A DNA stretch of 57,368 nt from Haliangiales bacterium (lineage in GTDB: Bacteria; Myxococcota_A; Polyangia; Haliangiales; SHYZ01). Location: assembly GCA_046595695.1 (NCBI GenBank), contig JBKJOI010000417.1, positions 1 through 57,368 of the forward strand. Reading direction: 5' to 3'. The notes beneath the pieces were generated by a model. It worked only from the letters and a program-made list of their open reading frames with translations, searched no databases and was not told the DNA's origin. Within the stretch, counting starts at the first letter, position 1. The number at the start of each line of letters is the position of its first letter. This document shows positions 9,783-18,241 of the stretch, piece by piece. Made by a program: the position numbers and the translations under genes.

Positions 9783-11058
9783 GGCGCTGGTGGTCGCGAA
9801 GGCCGAGTGGAACGCGGCGGTGCGCTCGAAGGCGTTCATCATCAGCCTGCTGCTCATGCCGGTCTTGATGGGCGGATCGATCTTTGCGCAGAAGATGGTC
9901 GCCGACCACGTCGACGACACGACGCGCAAGTTCGCCGTGATCGACGCGAGCGGCCAGCTCTACGACCGGCTCGCCGAGCGCACCCAGGCGCGCAACCTGC
10001 TCGTGGCCGGCAAGGCGGGCCGCTTCGAGCCCGAGCGGATCGAGCTGGGCGCCGGCAAGGATCTCGACGCCGCGCGCCTCGAGCTCTCGGATCGCGTGCG
10101 TCGCCGCGAGCTGTTCGCGTTCGTCGAGCTGCCCGCCGACGCGTTCTCCTCGGACAACCCGTCGATCCGCTACTACTCCGACGACCCGACCTTCGAGGAC
10201 CTGCGCCAGTGGATCGAGCTGGCGGTCAGCGAGGACGTGCGCGTGCACCGCCTGCGCGCCATCGGCGCCGACCCCGAGGTCATCGCCAGGCTGCAGCGGC
10301 CGCTCGAGGCCGAGGCGCTCGGCCTGTGGACGCGCGCGCCCTCGGGCCGCATCGTGCAGGCCGAGCCGGTCGACAAGGTGCGCGCGTACATCGTACCCAT
10401 CGCGCTCATGTTCCTGGTCTTCATGATCGTGATGACCAGCGCGCCGCAGCTCTTGAACAGCGTGCTCGAGGAGAAGATGAGCCGCATCAGCGAGGTCCTG
10501 CTCGGCTCGGTGACGCCATTCGAGCTGATGCTCGGCAAGCTCATCGGCTCGGCGGGCGTGTCGCTCCTGCTCGGCGGCATCTACGCCGCGGGTGCGATCG
10601 GGGTCGCGAGCTACCTGGGCTACGGCCACGTCGTGCCGCTCTCGCTGCTGCCCTGGCTGCTCGTCTACCTGATGCTGGCGGTGTTCTTCTTCGGCTCGAT
10701 GTACATCGCGATCGGCGCGGCGTGCAGCGAGCTCAAGGACGCGCAGAGCCTCATGATGCCGGTGATCGTGCTGACCATCATGCCTATGATGGTGTGGACG
10801 CTCGTGCTCAAGGCGCCCAACAGCCCGCTCGCCGTGGGCTTTTCGCTGTTCCCCCCCGCGACGCCCTTCCTCATGCTCCTCCGCCTCGCCCTGCATCCGG
10901 GCCCGCCCCTGTGGCAGGCCGCCCTCTCCGTCGTGCTCACCCTCGCCTCGACCATCGGCTGCGTCTGGGCCGCCGGAAAAATCTTCCGCACCGGCGTCCT
11001 CATGCAGGGCAAGTCAGCGTCCTTCGCCCAGATGATCCGCTGGGTGCTCACGAAGTAG
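9775..11058 (+). CDS. ABC-2 type transporter permease (NatB-like)
   Basis: It overlaps the ATPase stop by 8 nt (ATGCGTAA). It has an N-terminal TM, a large soluble loop, then about 5 C-terminal hydrophobic segments. Confidence 0.8.
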   Translation: MRKALVVAKAEWNAAVRSKAFIISLLLMPVLMGGSIFAQKMVADHVDDTTRKFAVIDASGQLYDRLAERTQARNLLVAGKAGRFEPERIELGAGKDLDAARLELSDRVRRRELFAFVELPADAFSSDNPSIRYYSDDPTFEDLRQWIELAVSEDVRVHRLRAIGADPEVIARLQRPLEAEALGLWTRAPSGRIVQAEPVDKVRAYIVPIALMFLVFMIVMTSAPQLLNSVLEEKMSRISEVLLGSVTPFELMLGKLIGSAGVSLLLGGIYAAGAIGVASYLGYGHVVPLSLLPWLLVYLMLAVFFFGSMYIAIGAACSELKDAQSLMMPVIVLTIMPMMVWTLVLKAPNSPLAVGFSLFPPATPFLMLLRLALHPGPPLWQAALSVVLTLASTIGCVWAAGKIFRTGVLMQGKSASFAQMIRWVLTK

Positions 11059-11063
11059 GTGCC

Positions 11064-11146
11064 GGGACGGTGTTCAGGATCTTACTTTCTTACTTTCGGG
11101 CCGAAAGTAAGATCCTGAACACCGTCCCCGAAAGTAAGATTTCAGG
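11064..11146. repeat. palindromic intergenic element, copy 1
   Basis: The arms at 11064-11089 and 11103-11128 are exact reverse complements (26/26). It has an AT-rich tail GAAAGTAAGATTTCAGG and lies between two convergent stop codons (11058 and 11142). Confidence 0.85.
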
Positions 11147-11837
11147 AGTCGGCGGAGGCGGGGTCGCGCGGGCGCAGGTAGCGGACGATGCGCACGCCAA
11201 GGAGGACGGCGAGGGCCAGGGCGAAGATGAGCGGCTTGGTGACGTCCGCCTTGACGAGCATCCAGTAGTGCAGGACGCCCAGCGGCGCGATCCAGTAGAT
11301 GCGCTGGTGGAGCTTGCGCCAGCGCGGGCCGCCGAGCCGCTTGATCCAGCCGTCGGTGGACGTGACCGCGAGCGGGATCATGAAGAAGAACGCCAGCAGG
11401 CCGATGGTGATGAAGTAGCGGCCAAGGATGTCCTCGATGACACCCTTCAGGCTGAAGAACTTGTCGAGCCACAGCCAGGTCAGGAAGTGCAGGGAGCCGT
11501 AGAAGAACGCGAACAGCCCGAGCATGCGGCGCACCCGCGCGAGCACGGGCAGCTCGAAGAAGCGCCGCAGCGGCGTGACGGCGAGCGTGAGCAGCAGGAA
11601 GACGAGCGTGAGCGTGCCGGTCGCGTGAGTGATGAACTCGATCGGGTTGGCGCCCAGACGGTCGTGCGCGGCGTCCCAGCCGAGCAGCCCGAGCGGCACG
11701 AGCGAGTTCACGAACACCGTGGCCTTGAGGAGCAGAACCTCGGGGCGCTCGCGCTTGCGCGGCTTCGCCTGGCGTGGCAGCGGCGCCGCCGCCGTCGCGA
11801 CCTTCGCTGGGTCCGTCCCGGCCTGGGGCGGCGTCAT
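11142..11837 (-). CDS. msrQ: protein-methionine-sulfoxide reductase heme-binding subunit MsrQ (YedZ)
   Basis: Polytopic protein with conserved His residues in TM segments (ITHATG, GSLHFLTW, GVLHYW). Its ATG at 11837 overlaps the msrP stop (TGATG). Confidence 0.85.
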   Translation of the reverse strand: MTPPQAGTDPAKVATAAAPLPRQAKPRKRERPEVLLLKATVFVNSLVPLGLLGWDAAHDRLGANPIEFITHATGTLTLVFLLLTLAVTPLRRFFELPVLARVRRMLGLFAFFYGSLHFLTWLWLDKFFSLKGVIEDILGRYFITIGLLAFFFMIPLAVTSTDGWIKRLGGPRWRKLHQRIYWIAPLGVLHYWMLVKADVTKPLIFALALAVLLGVRIVRYLRPRDPASADS

Positions 11838-12829
11838 CAGAATTGCTTCTTCAGGTCCATGCCAGCGTACAGCCCGGCGACCTGGTCGGCGTAGCCGTTG
11901 AACATCAGCGTCTGGCGCTTGCCGAACTCGCCGATGCGCCGCTCGCTCGCCTGGCTCCAGCGCGGGTGCGGCACGTCCGGGTTCACATTCGCGTAGAAGC
12001 CGTACTCCTCGGGCCCGGCGGCCATCCACGTCGACGTCGGCTGCTCCTCGAGGAAGCGGATCTTCACGATCGACTTGCCGTTCTTGAAGCCGTACTTCCA
12101 CGGCACGATCAGGCGCAGCGGCGCGCCGTTCTGGTTGGGCAACGTCTCACCGTAGAGCCCGACGACCAGCAGCGACAGCGGATGCATCGCCTCGTCCATG
12201 CGCAGGCCTTCCTTGTACGGCCACGGGATCACGTCGCGCTTCTGGCCGATCAGCTCCTCCGGGCGGTAGAGCGTCTCGAATTCGACGTACTTCGCGCTGC
12301 CGAGCGGCTCGACCTCCTTGAGCAGAGACGCGAGCGGGAAGCCCACCCACGGGATCACCATCGACCAGGCCTCGACGCAGCGGAAGCGGTAGGTGCGCTC
12401 TTCGAGCGGGAACTTCTTCAGCAGCGCGTCGAGATCGACGACGCCGGGCTTCCTCACCAGGCCCTCGATCGATACCGTCCACGGGCGCGTGGTCAATCGG
12501 TGCGCCTCGGCGGCGGGATCGCTCTTGTCGGTGCCGAGCTCGTAGAAGTTGTTGTAGGTCGTGATCTCCTCGAAGGTGTTCGGGGTCTCGCGCGTCTCCC
12601 AGCCGCCCCCGCCCGCGGCGTCGGCCGCACGGCCGACCGGGACGTCGAACTTCTCGGTCCGCCGGCTCGACGGCCGCGGGTAAAGCACCTTCTTGAAGGC
12701 GTATCCGGTCACCAGCGGCGAGGCCGCCGCGAGCCCGCCCAGCATCAGGGTCCGACGCGACAGATACGTCTTTTTCGGGGTAATTTCGCCAGGTTTCACG
12801 TCGCCAGGCTGGCTGCTCTTGATCACCAT
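11837..12829 (-). CDS. msrP: protein-methionine-sulfoxide reductase catalytic subunit MsrP (YedY, molybdopterin)
   Basis: Tat-like signal SRRTLMLGG and YedY-like blocks ([43 protein letters not shown]) are present. The ATG at 12829 has GGAGGA 7 nt upstream. The track ORF extends to a GTG at 12856. Confidence 0.9.
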   Translation of the reverse strand: MVIKSSQPGDVKPGEITPKKTYLSRRTLMLGGLAAASPLVTGYAFKKVLYPRPSSRRTEKFDVPVGRAADAAGGGGWETRETPNTFEEITTYNNFYELGTDKSDPAAEAHRLTTRPWTVSIEGLVRKPGVVDLDALLKKFPLEERTYRFRCVEAWSMVIPWVGFPLASLLKEVEPLGSAKYVEFETLYRPEELIGQKRDVIPWPYKEGLRMDEAMHPLSLLVVGLYGETLPNQNGAPLRLIVPWKYGFKNGKSIVKIRFLEEQPTSTWMAAGPEEYGFYANVNPDVPHPRWSQASERRIGEFGKRQTLMFNGYADQVAGLYAGMDLKKQF

Positions 12830-12934
12830 CCGCGGCTCCTCCGGAGCCTGTCCCACGCGGCTCCTGCGAGCCTAGCACCACGAGTACGACGCCCGCCTAC
12901 GCCTGTTACAGGGCGGACAGCGCGCGGATCTCGC

Positions 12935-12971
12935 TTGACGCGGAACGAATATGAAAGTAGTTTTCAAATTC
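12935..12971 (+). promoter_or_regulatory. candidate promoter plus operator in the msrP / bfd divergent region
   Basis: TTGACG at 12935-12940. A 25-bp near-palindrome GAATATGAAA-GTAGT-TTTCAAATTC at 12947-12971 has arms matching 9/10. It is the only AT-rich stretch of the intergenic region and sits just upstream of bfd-bfr. It is Fur-box-like in composition only. Confidence 0.3.
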
Positions 12972-12977
12972 ACAGCG

Positions 12978-13274
12978 ATGATTGTCTGTCTCTGTAAAGG
13001 CATCTCCGACAAGCACGTTCGCGAATCCATCGCGCGCGGCAACAGCAGCGTCGCGGAGGTCGCTGAGGACTGCGGCGCCGGCACCGGCTGCGGCACCTGC
13101 CACGACATGCTGCAAATGATGGTCGACGACTGCGGTCACTCGTCTGCCATCGATCTCGCGCGCGCCGCGGCCCGCGTCGCCGCCAAGCCCACGTGTGCAG
13201 ACTGTCCTCGCCGTAGCCAGACCGTGGCTGCTATAACCTCGCCCAGTCTTCAAAAACTGGGTGAGGCGGCATGA
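12978..13274 (+). CDS. bfd: bacterioferritin-associated ferredoxin (BFD-like [2Fe-2S])
   Basis: [18 protein letters not shown]...[14 protein letters not shown] matches the Bfd four-Cys pattern. The start is chosen at 12978 because the ATG at 12951 lies inside the AT-rich palindrome. The stop overlaps the bfr start (ATGA). Confidence 0.7.
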   Translation: MIVCLCKGISDKHVRESIARGNSSVAEVAEDCGAGTGCGTCHDMLQMMVDDCGHSSAIDLARAAARVAAKPTCADCPRRSQTVAAITSPSLQKLGEAA

Positions 13275-13744
13275 AGGGTCACGACAAGATCATCGAGCTC
13301 CTGAACGAAGTCCTCACGTCGGAGCTGACGGCAGTCAACCAGTATTACATCCACGCAAAGATGTGCCAGAACTGGGGCTACGAGCGCCTCTGGCAAAAGA
13401 CGCGCGAGGAATCGATCGGCGAGATGAAGCACGCCGATCAAGTCATCAGCCGCGTGCTCTTCCTCGAGGGCGTGCCGAACCTGCAGCGGCTCGGCAAGGT
13501 CAACGTCGGCCAGACCGTGAAGGAGCAGCTGCAGCTCGATCTCGACTTCGAGAAGGCGGCGATCGCGCGCCTGAACGACGGTCTCGAGCTGGCGCGCAGC
13601 CTGGGCGATGGTGGCACCCGCGAGCTGCTCGAGAAGATCCTCGTCAGCGAGGAAGACCACGTCGACTGGCTCGAGGCGCAGCTGACGCTCATGGAGCAGG
13701 TCGGCGAGGGGAACTATCTCTCGCAGCAGATCAAGAACGGCTAG
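13271..13744 (+). CDS. bfr: bacterioferritin
   Basis: 157 aa with a full-length Bfr pattern: [31 protein letters not shown], the heme-ligand Met in IGEMKHAD, and EEDHVDWLE. Confidence 0.95.
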   Translation: MKGHDKIIELLNEVLTSELTAVNQYYIHAKMCQNWGYERLWQKTREESIGEMKHADQVISRVLFLEGVPNLQRLGKVNVGQTVKEQLQLDLDFEKAAIARLNDGLELARSLGDGGTRELLEKILVSEEDHVDWLEAQLTLMEQVGEGNYLSQQIKNG

Positions 13745-13828
13745 TTACTCGTACCGCGAGGGCCAGTGCGACGCGGCGCTCGCGGAGTAGCGCGCGACCC
13801 ACGCGCCCCACGCTCCGCCCCGCACGCG

Positions 13829-14989
13829 CTATCCCCGGCGCCGCCGCGCTCGCCACGCCAGGAGCCGCATCCACACGTACGCCGCGGCCGCCGCACCCAC
13901 CGCCACGCCTGCCCCCGAGCACATGCGCCGCGTCCCCGGCCCGTCCGCCCAGCGCCGCCCCGGCCCGGTGCCGTCCTCGCCGATCGCCTCGAGCGTCTCG
14001 ACCGGCGGCGCGCGCGGCACCATGAGCTCGGGCCCCGCGAGCACGATCAGATCGTAGCTGCTCGGCGCGGTCATCGGCTCGACCACGGCTTTGCCGGGCA
14101 AGAGCTCCGCGAGCCGGTGCGCGTCGAGCTCGAGGCCGGCGGCGGCGCGGATGGTCGTGTGCTCGAGCGGCGCGGTCGCCCGCTTGATCATCACGGGCGC
14201 GATCCCGGCGCCCTCCAGGTGCTCGAGCGCGTTGGGCGCCTGAGCTTCGGCGTCGTCCGCGACGTTGAGCTGGACGCGCGGGCCGACCGCCGCGATCACG
14301 ATGTTGCCGGTGGGCCCGTCGTCGCCCGCGCTGGCCTCCTCGACCCGCCAGGCGACGCGTCGACCATCAGGTGACCACAGCGGCTCGGCGGTGCCTACGA
14401 ATGTGCGGTCGCCGTCGCCGGTCGCGAGCGAGGTCCAGCGCCGACCCAGCACGTCGATCTGCAGCACCAGCCGGACCGGCTTGCCGCCCGGGAGGTTGTA
14501 GCGGAACTGCCGGCCGTCCCACATCACCACCGCGCCGCCGCTCTGCGCGGTGCCGGTGACGCGCGCCCGCGCGCCCGACGCCGAGACGCGCCCGCGCGGC
14601 ATGGACAGCGGGTGCTCGGCCAGCCACGCGGTCCACTCGATCAGCCCGGGCGACCCGCTGAACTCGTCGCGCACGACCGGCCGGCCGTTCTCGTCGGTGA
14701 GCTCGAGCACGTAGCGGCGGACGCGCCCGGTGCGCGCCTCGTGCGCGACGCCGAAGATCAGGCGCAGCGGCACGACCGACTCGTCGTCGACGGTCTCGAG
14801 CGGGTAGTACTCGACCTGGCGCGTGTAGACGAAGTAGTCGCCGGCGGCGGTCCAGCCGAGCACCACGAGCGGCCGGCCCCAGGCGTCGTACTTCACGTCG
14901 GGACGGTCCACCTGCGCGGACGCGGCGCCCGCGCTCGCGAGCGCCAGCAGCGCCGCGCTGCCCAGCAGGAGCGCCGCGCGCGTGCTCAA
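13829..14989 (-). CDS. hypothetical secreted protein with C-terminal TM anchor
   Basis: This is the C-terminal part of track ORF 13829-16507. A TTG at 14989 overlaps the OPT stop (TTGA) and gives (M)STRAALLLGSAALLALASAGAASAQ, a signal peptide. It contains one PD40-like motif (LWSPDGRRVAW). The C-terminus is GAGVAVGAAAAAYVWMRLLAWRARRRRG. Confidence 0.55.
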   Translation of the reverse strand: MSTRAALLLGSAALLALASAGAASAQVDRPDVKYDAWGRPLVVLGWTAAGDYFVYTRQVEYYPLETVDDESVVPLRLIFGVAHEARTGRVRRYVLELTDENGRPVVRDEFSGSPGLIEWTAWLAEHPLSMPRGRVSASGARARVTGTAQSGGAVVMWDGRQFRYNLPGGKPVRLVLQIDVLGRRWTSLATGDGDRTFVGTAEPLWSPDGRRVAWRVEEASAGDDGPTGNIVIAAVGPRVQLNVADDAEAQAPNALEHLEGAGIAPVMIKRATAPLEHTTIRAAAGLELDAHRLAELLPGKAVVEPMTAPSSYDLIVLAGPELMVPRAPPVETLEAIGEDGTGPGRRWADGPGTRRMCSGAGVAVGAAAAAYVWMRLLAWRARRRRG

Positions 14990-17352
14990 CCGAGCGTGAT
15001 CCAGCCGATGAGCGAGAGCACGGTGAGCACCAGCCCGGCGATCGACGCACCCGCGATGATCCCCGACGAGGCGGGCACGTTGTAGCGCTCCTCGAGCTTG
15101 GGCGCGGCGCGCGCCAGGATGTACCCGAACACCGCGCCGGTCGCCATCGCCAGCGAGTCGAACGCCGTGATCACGAACGCGACGCCGATGCCGGCCATGG
15201 ACGGCAGGTAGGGCCTGATCCTGGGCGGCCCGTAGATCTCGAGCAGCGTGATCACGAGGCCGGCGATGATCGCGATCAGGACCGCGAGGCCCGCGTACGG
15301 CGGCAGCGTGGACTTGAACACGGCGACGGCGGTCGGCTGGTCGGTCGCGACCATGAACGCGTGGTCTAGCATCACGAGATCGCCGCGCACCGCCTTGATC
15401 TGGTGGTAGAGCGGCCCACCGGCGGCGTCGACGCGCACGTAGTCGCCCACGCGCGTGCCCGCGGCAGCCCGCGTGAAGCGCACCGCCGGCTTGTCGGCGG
15501 CGTTCGCGGCCACGGCGATGGCGGCGCCGCCGCGCAGGCTGCCGTCGGGCCCGACGATCTCGGCGGCGAACGGCGCGGCCTGGCCGGTCGCGTCGGGCAT
15601 GGCCACCGGGACGTCGCGATCGAGGATGAACACGCGGCGCTCGAAGCCGGTGATCGCGTACGCGCCGGCGTTGGGACCCTCGGTGATGCGCAGCGTGTCC
15701 CCGATGAGCACGCCCGCCGGCCGCTTGACCACCGTGACCGCCTGCACCGTCGCGGGCACGACCTCGGCGGGGCCGCGGTCGGCGTTCTCGATGCCGTTCG
15801 ACAGCAGATCGGCGAAGACCGCCCAGGTCTGCGCCGACGGCGCGGGGAACTTGGCCCCGATCGTCTCGCCGTCGCCGACGACGACGCGGTAGGCCATGGT
15901 GCAGAACACCGCGCCCGCGAGGATGCCGAAGAACTGCGCGATGAACTGCCGCCGCGGCGAGCCGCCCAGCAGGTAGCCGGTCTTGAGATCGGTCAGCAGG
16001 TCGGCGGAGTGCGCCGCGGCGCCGGCGGTGATCGAGCCGGTCATGAGGTTCGTGTAGTAGTTGCCGGGGTGGATGCCGGCGAAGGTGAGCTGGGTGATCT
16101 TGCCCAGCGCGCCGATCGGGTTCACGTCGGTCTCGCCGGTGGAGCGGCAGGCGACGATCGACAGCACGAACGACAGCGCGACCGCGAGCACGCTCATCCA
16201 CACCTGGATGCCGAAAATGATCTTCGCGGCCAGGGCGACCAGCGCGGTCGACGCGATCAGGCCGATGACGAACCACGAGCCGGGGACCTCGACCTCGGCC
16301 ATGCGGCTGGTGCGTGCACCGCCCGACCGGGCCAGCTTGCCCAGCGAGCCGAAGGCCTGCGCGATCGTGCGCCACTTGAGGCCGAAGTGCAGGAGACTCG
16401 CCGCCAGCGCCCCCAGCACGCCCGGCCACACCGACCACGCCATCACCGAGCGGTAGGTCACCACGCCCTCGACGTTCACGGTCACGATGCCGTGCGCGGC
16501 CAGCCACGGCGTGATCACACCGAAGAGCACGAGCGCCGCGATGCCCATCGACAGGCCGACGCGGATGCCCATGATCGCGCCGGCGCCGAACAGCAGCGAC
16601 GAGGTCGGCAGCGCGATGCCGTACGCGTACAGCTTCTGCCCGGCGATCGTCACCCAGGGCAACTTGAGCGTGCCACCGTAAAAGATGGGGTTATCGCGCA
16701 CGCCGAGCTTCGCGACCTGGCTGGGGATCTCGAGCAGCACGCCGAAGAGCCCGCCGTAGAGCAGCGCGCGCGCCTTGACCACGGCCTCGGTCGCGCTCTC
16801 GTGCATCGCCTTGATGGTCTCGGCGCACGCCGTGCCGGCGGGGAAGCGTAGCCGCTCGACGTCGATCATCTGGCGGCGCATGGGCACCGCCATGACGATG
16901 CCGATGAACGACACCGCCGACATCCACAGCGCCAGCTCCCACCAGCTCAGCGTGCGCTGCGTGGTGATGTAGAGCGCGGGGATGGCCGAGATCAGCCCCG
17001 CCGACGAGAAATAGCCGGCCGCCGAGGACGTGCTGGCGACCGTGTTGTTCTCGAGCTGGGTGAACTCCCCCTTGATGATGCCGGCCGCCTGCAGGGACTT
17101 CATGGCGGCGAAGGCGAGGATGGTCGCGGTCAGCGCCATGCCCATGGCCCAGCCGACCTTGAGGCCGATGTACAGGTTGGCCACCGAGAGCACGCCGCCG
17201 AGCAGCATGCCGGCGACGATCGCGCGCACTGTGAGCTGCCGCTCGTGCGGCTTGTAGACGTTCTCGAGCCAGTGACGGTCGACCTCGTCCTGCGTCATGT
17301 CGCCTTGCGCGCGCGCTGTGGGCAGGTCGGGCGTGGAAGCGGAGCCAGCCAT
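14986..17352 (-). CDS. OPT-family oligopeptide transporter with internal soluble insert
   Basis: 788 aa and polytopic. The N-terminal block (WLENVYKPHERQLTVRAIVAGMLLGGVLSVANLYIGLKVGW, FPAGTACAETI) is typical of bacterial OPT proteins. A ~170-aa hydrophilic insert lies mid-protein. Confidence 0.85.
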   Translation of the reverse strand: MAGSASTPDLPTARAQGDMTQDEVDRHWLENVYKPHERQLTVRAIVAGMLLGGVLSVANLYIGLKVGWAMGMALTATILAFAAMKSLQAAGIIKGEFTQLENNTVASTSSAAGYFSSAGLISAIPALYITTQRTLSWWELALWMSAVSFIGIVMAVPMRRQMIDVERLRFPAGTACAETIKAMHESATEAVVKARALLYGGLFGVLLEIPSQVAKLGVRDNPIFYGGTLKLPWVTIAGQKLYAYGIALPTSSLLFGAGAIMGIRVGLSMGIAALVLFGVITPWLAAHGIVTVNVEGVVTYRSVMAWSVWPGVLGALAASLLHFGLKWRTIAQAFGSLGKLARSGGARTSRMAEVEVPGSWFVIGLIASTALVALAAKIIFGIQVWMSVLAVALSFVLSIVACRSTGETDVNPIGALGKITQLTFAGIHPGNYYTNLMTGSITAGAAAHSADLLTDLKTGYLLGGSPRRQFIAQFFGILAGAVFCTMAYRVVVGDGETIGAKFPAPSAQTWAVFADLLSNGIENADRGPAEVVPATVQAVTVVKRPAGVLIGDTLRITEGPNAGAYAITGFERRVFILDRDVPVAMPDATGQAAPFAAEIVGPDGSLRGGAAIAVAANAADKPAVRFTRAAAGTRVGDYVRVDAAGGPLYHQIKAVRGDLVMLDHAFMVATDQPTAVAVFKSTLPPYAGLAVLIAIIAGLVITLLEIYGPPRIRPYLPSMAGIGVAFVITAFDSLAMATGAVFGYILARAAPKLEERYNVPASSGIIAGASIAGLVLTVLSLIGWITLG

Positions 17353-17404
17353 GGCGGCAGGTTTACACGGTTCCCGGCCGGAGCGGGCGCTGTCGTGCGC
17401 GCCG

Positions 17405-18199
17405 CTACGCGCGCGGGCGCCGCGCGCCGACGTTGCGCGCCACCCGGGCGCGCAGGATGGCGCGGACCACCTCCTCGAAGCCGCGGCCCTCGGCGGCGCG
17501 GGTCACGTGCGCGGGCTTGTGGACCAGATCGTCCCAGACGTCACGCACGTTGGCGACGCCGATCGAGCGCGGGAAGCCGCGGAACATGGGCTCGTCGTTG
17601 AGCGCATCGCCCACATAGATGTAGGGCTCGAGCCGGGTCGGGTTGCCGCCCAGCACCGCGTGCACGACCTTGCGGCAGGCGGTCAGCTTGTCGAAACCGG
17701 GCGGCCAGAAGTTCACGTGCACCGACGAGCGCACTGCCGCGTAGCCGCGCGCGCGCAGGAGCGTCTCGATGCGGCGCGCCGCGCGCTCGGGCAGGCGCGT
17801 GTCCTCGTTCCAGTCGATGGCGAGGTTCACCTCGGTGAAGGTCGAGTCGGAGGACAGGCGCGCGCCGGGCACCAGCCGGCCGATCTCGGCGGCGTGCGCG
17901 TGCATGCGCTCGCGCAGCGCCGGGAGGCCGCGCGCGGGCACGGCGTAGCGCCGCTGCCAGCGCCCGCGCGCGTCGCGTAAGATGGTGACGCCGCCGTTCT
18001 CGGTGATCACCGCGGTCACCGGCCAGAGCCGCGCGATGGCCTCGCCCCAGCCCGAGGGCCGCCCGGTGACCACGATCGCGGCCACCCCCGCGGCCTCGAG
18101 CGCGGCAAACGCCGCGTACGTCGACGGCGCCAGCTTGCCGCCGGTGGTCATGGTGCCGTCCAGATCCGTGAACACCGCCCGCACGCCATCGAACTTCAT
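17405..18199 (-). CDS. HAD-superfamily (Cof/IIB-like) phosphatase
   Basis: The ATG at 18199 gives MKFDGVRAVFTDLDGTM (motif I DxDGT). VVTGRP (motif II) and YVGDALNDEPMF (motif III) follow. The track ORF has a spurious N-terminal extension. Confidence 0.8.
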   Translation of the reverse strand: MKFDGVRAVFTDLDGTMTTGGKLAPSTYAAFAALEAAGVAAIVVTGRPSGWGEAIARLWPVTAVITENGGVTILRDARGRWQRRYAVPARGLPALRERMHAHAAEIGRLVPGARLSSDSTFTEVNLAIDWNEDTRLPERAARRIETLLRARGYAAVRSSVHVNFWPPGFDKLTACRKVVHAVLGGNPTRLEPYIYVGDALNDEPMFRGFPRSIGVANVRDVWDDLVHKPAHVTRAAEGRGFEEVVRAILRARVARNVGARRPRA

Positions 18200-18241
18200 A
18201 GTGGCCGCTAGGATGCCACGTTTGTTTGGTAGGCTGCCGAC

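Noticed and set aside
11064-11146. Whether the palindromic repeats could be CRISPR repeats
   Set aside because: The copies are 12 kb and 33 kb apart, single, and not separated by regular spacers. No cas genes are present. They fit REP/MITE-like dispersed elements instead.
13829-16851. Track ORFs 13829-16507 (892 aa) and 15403-16851 (482 aa) across the OPT locus
   Set aside because: Only the last 386 codons of the first ORF look like a real protein (signal peptide onward). The remainder and the plus-strand ORF are shadows of the OPT transporter frame (14986-17352).
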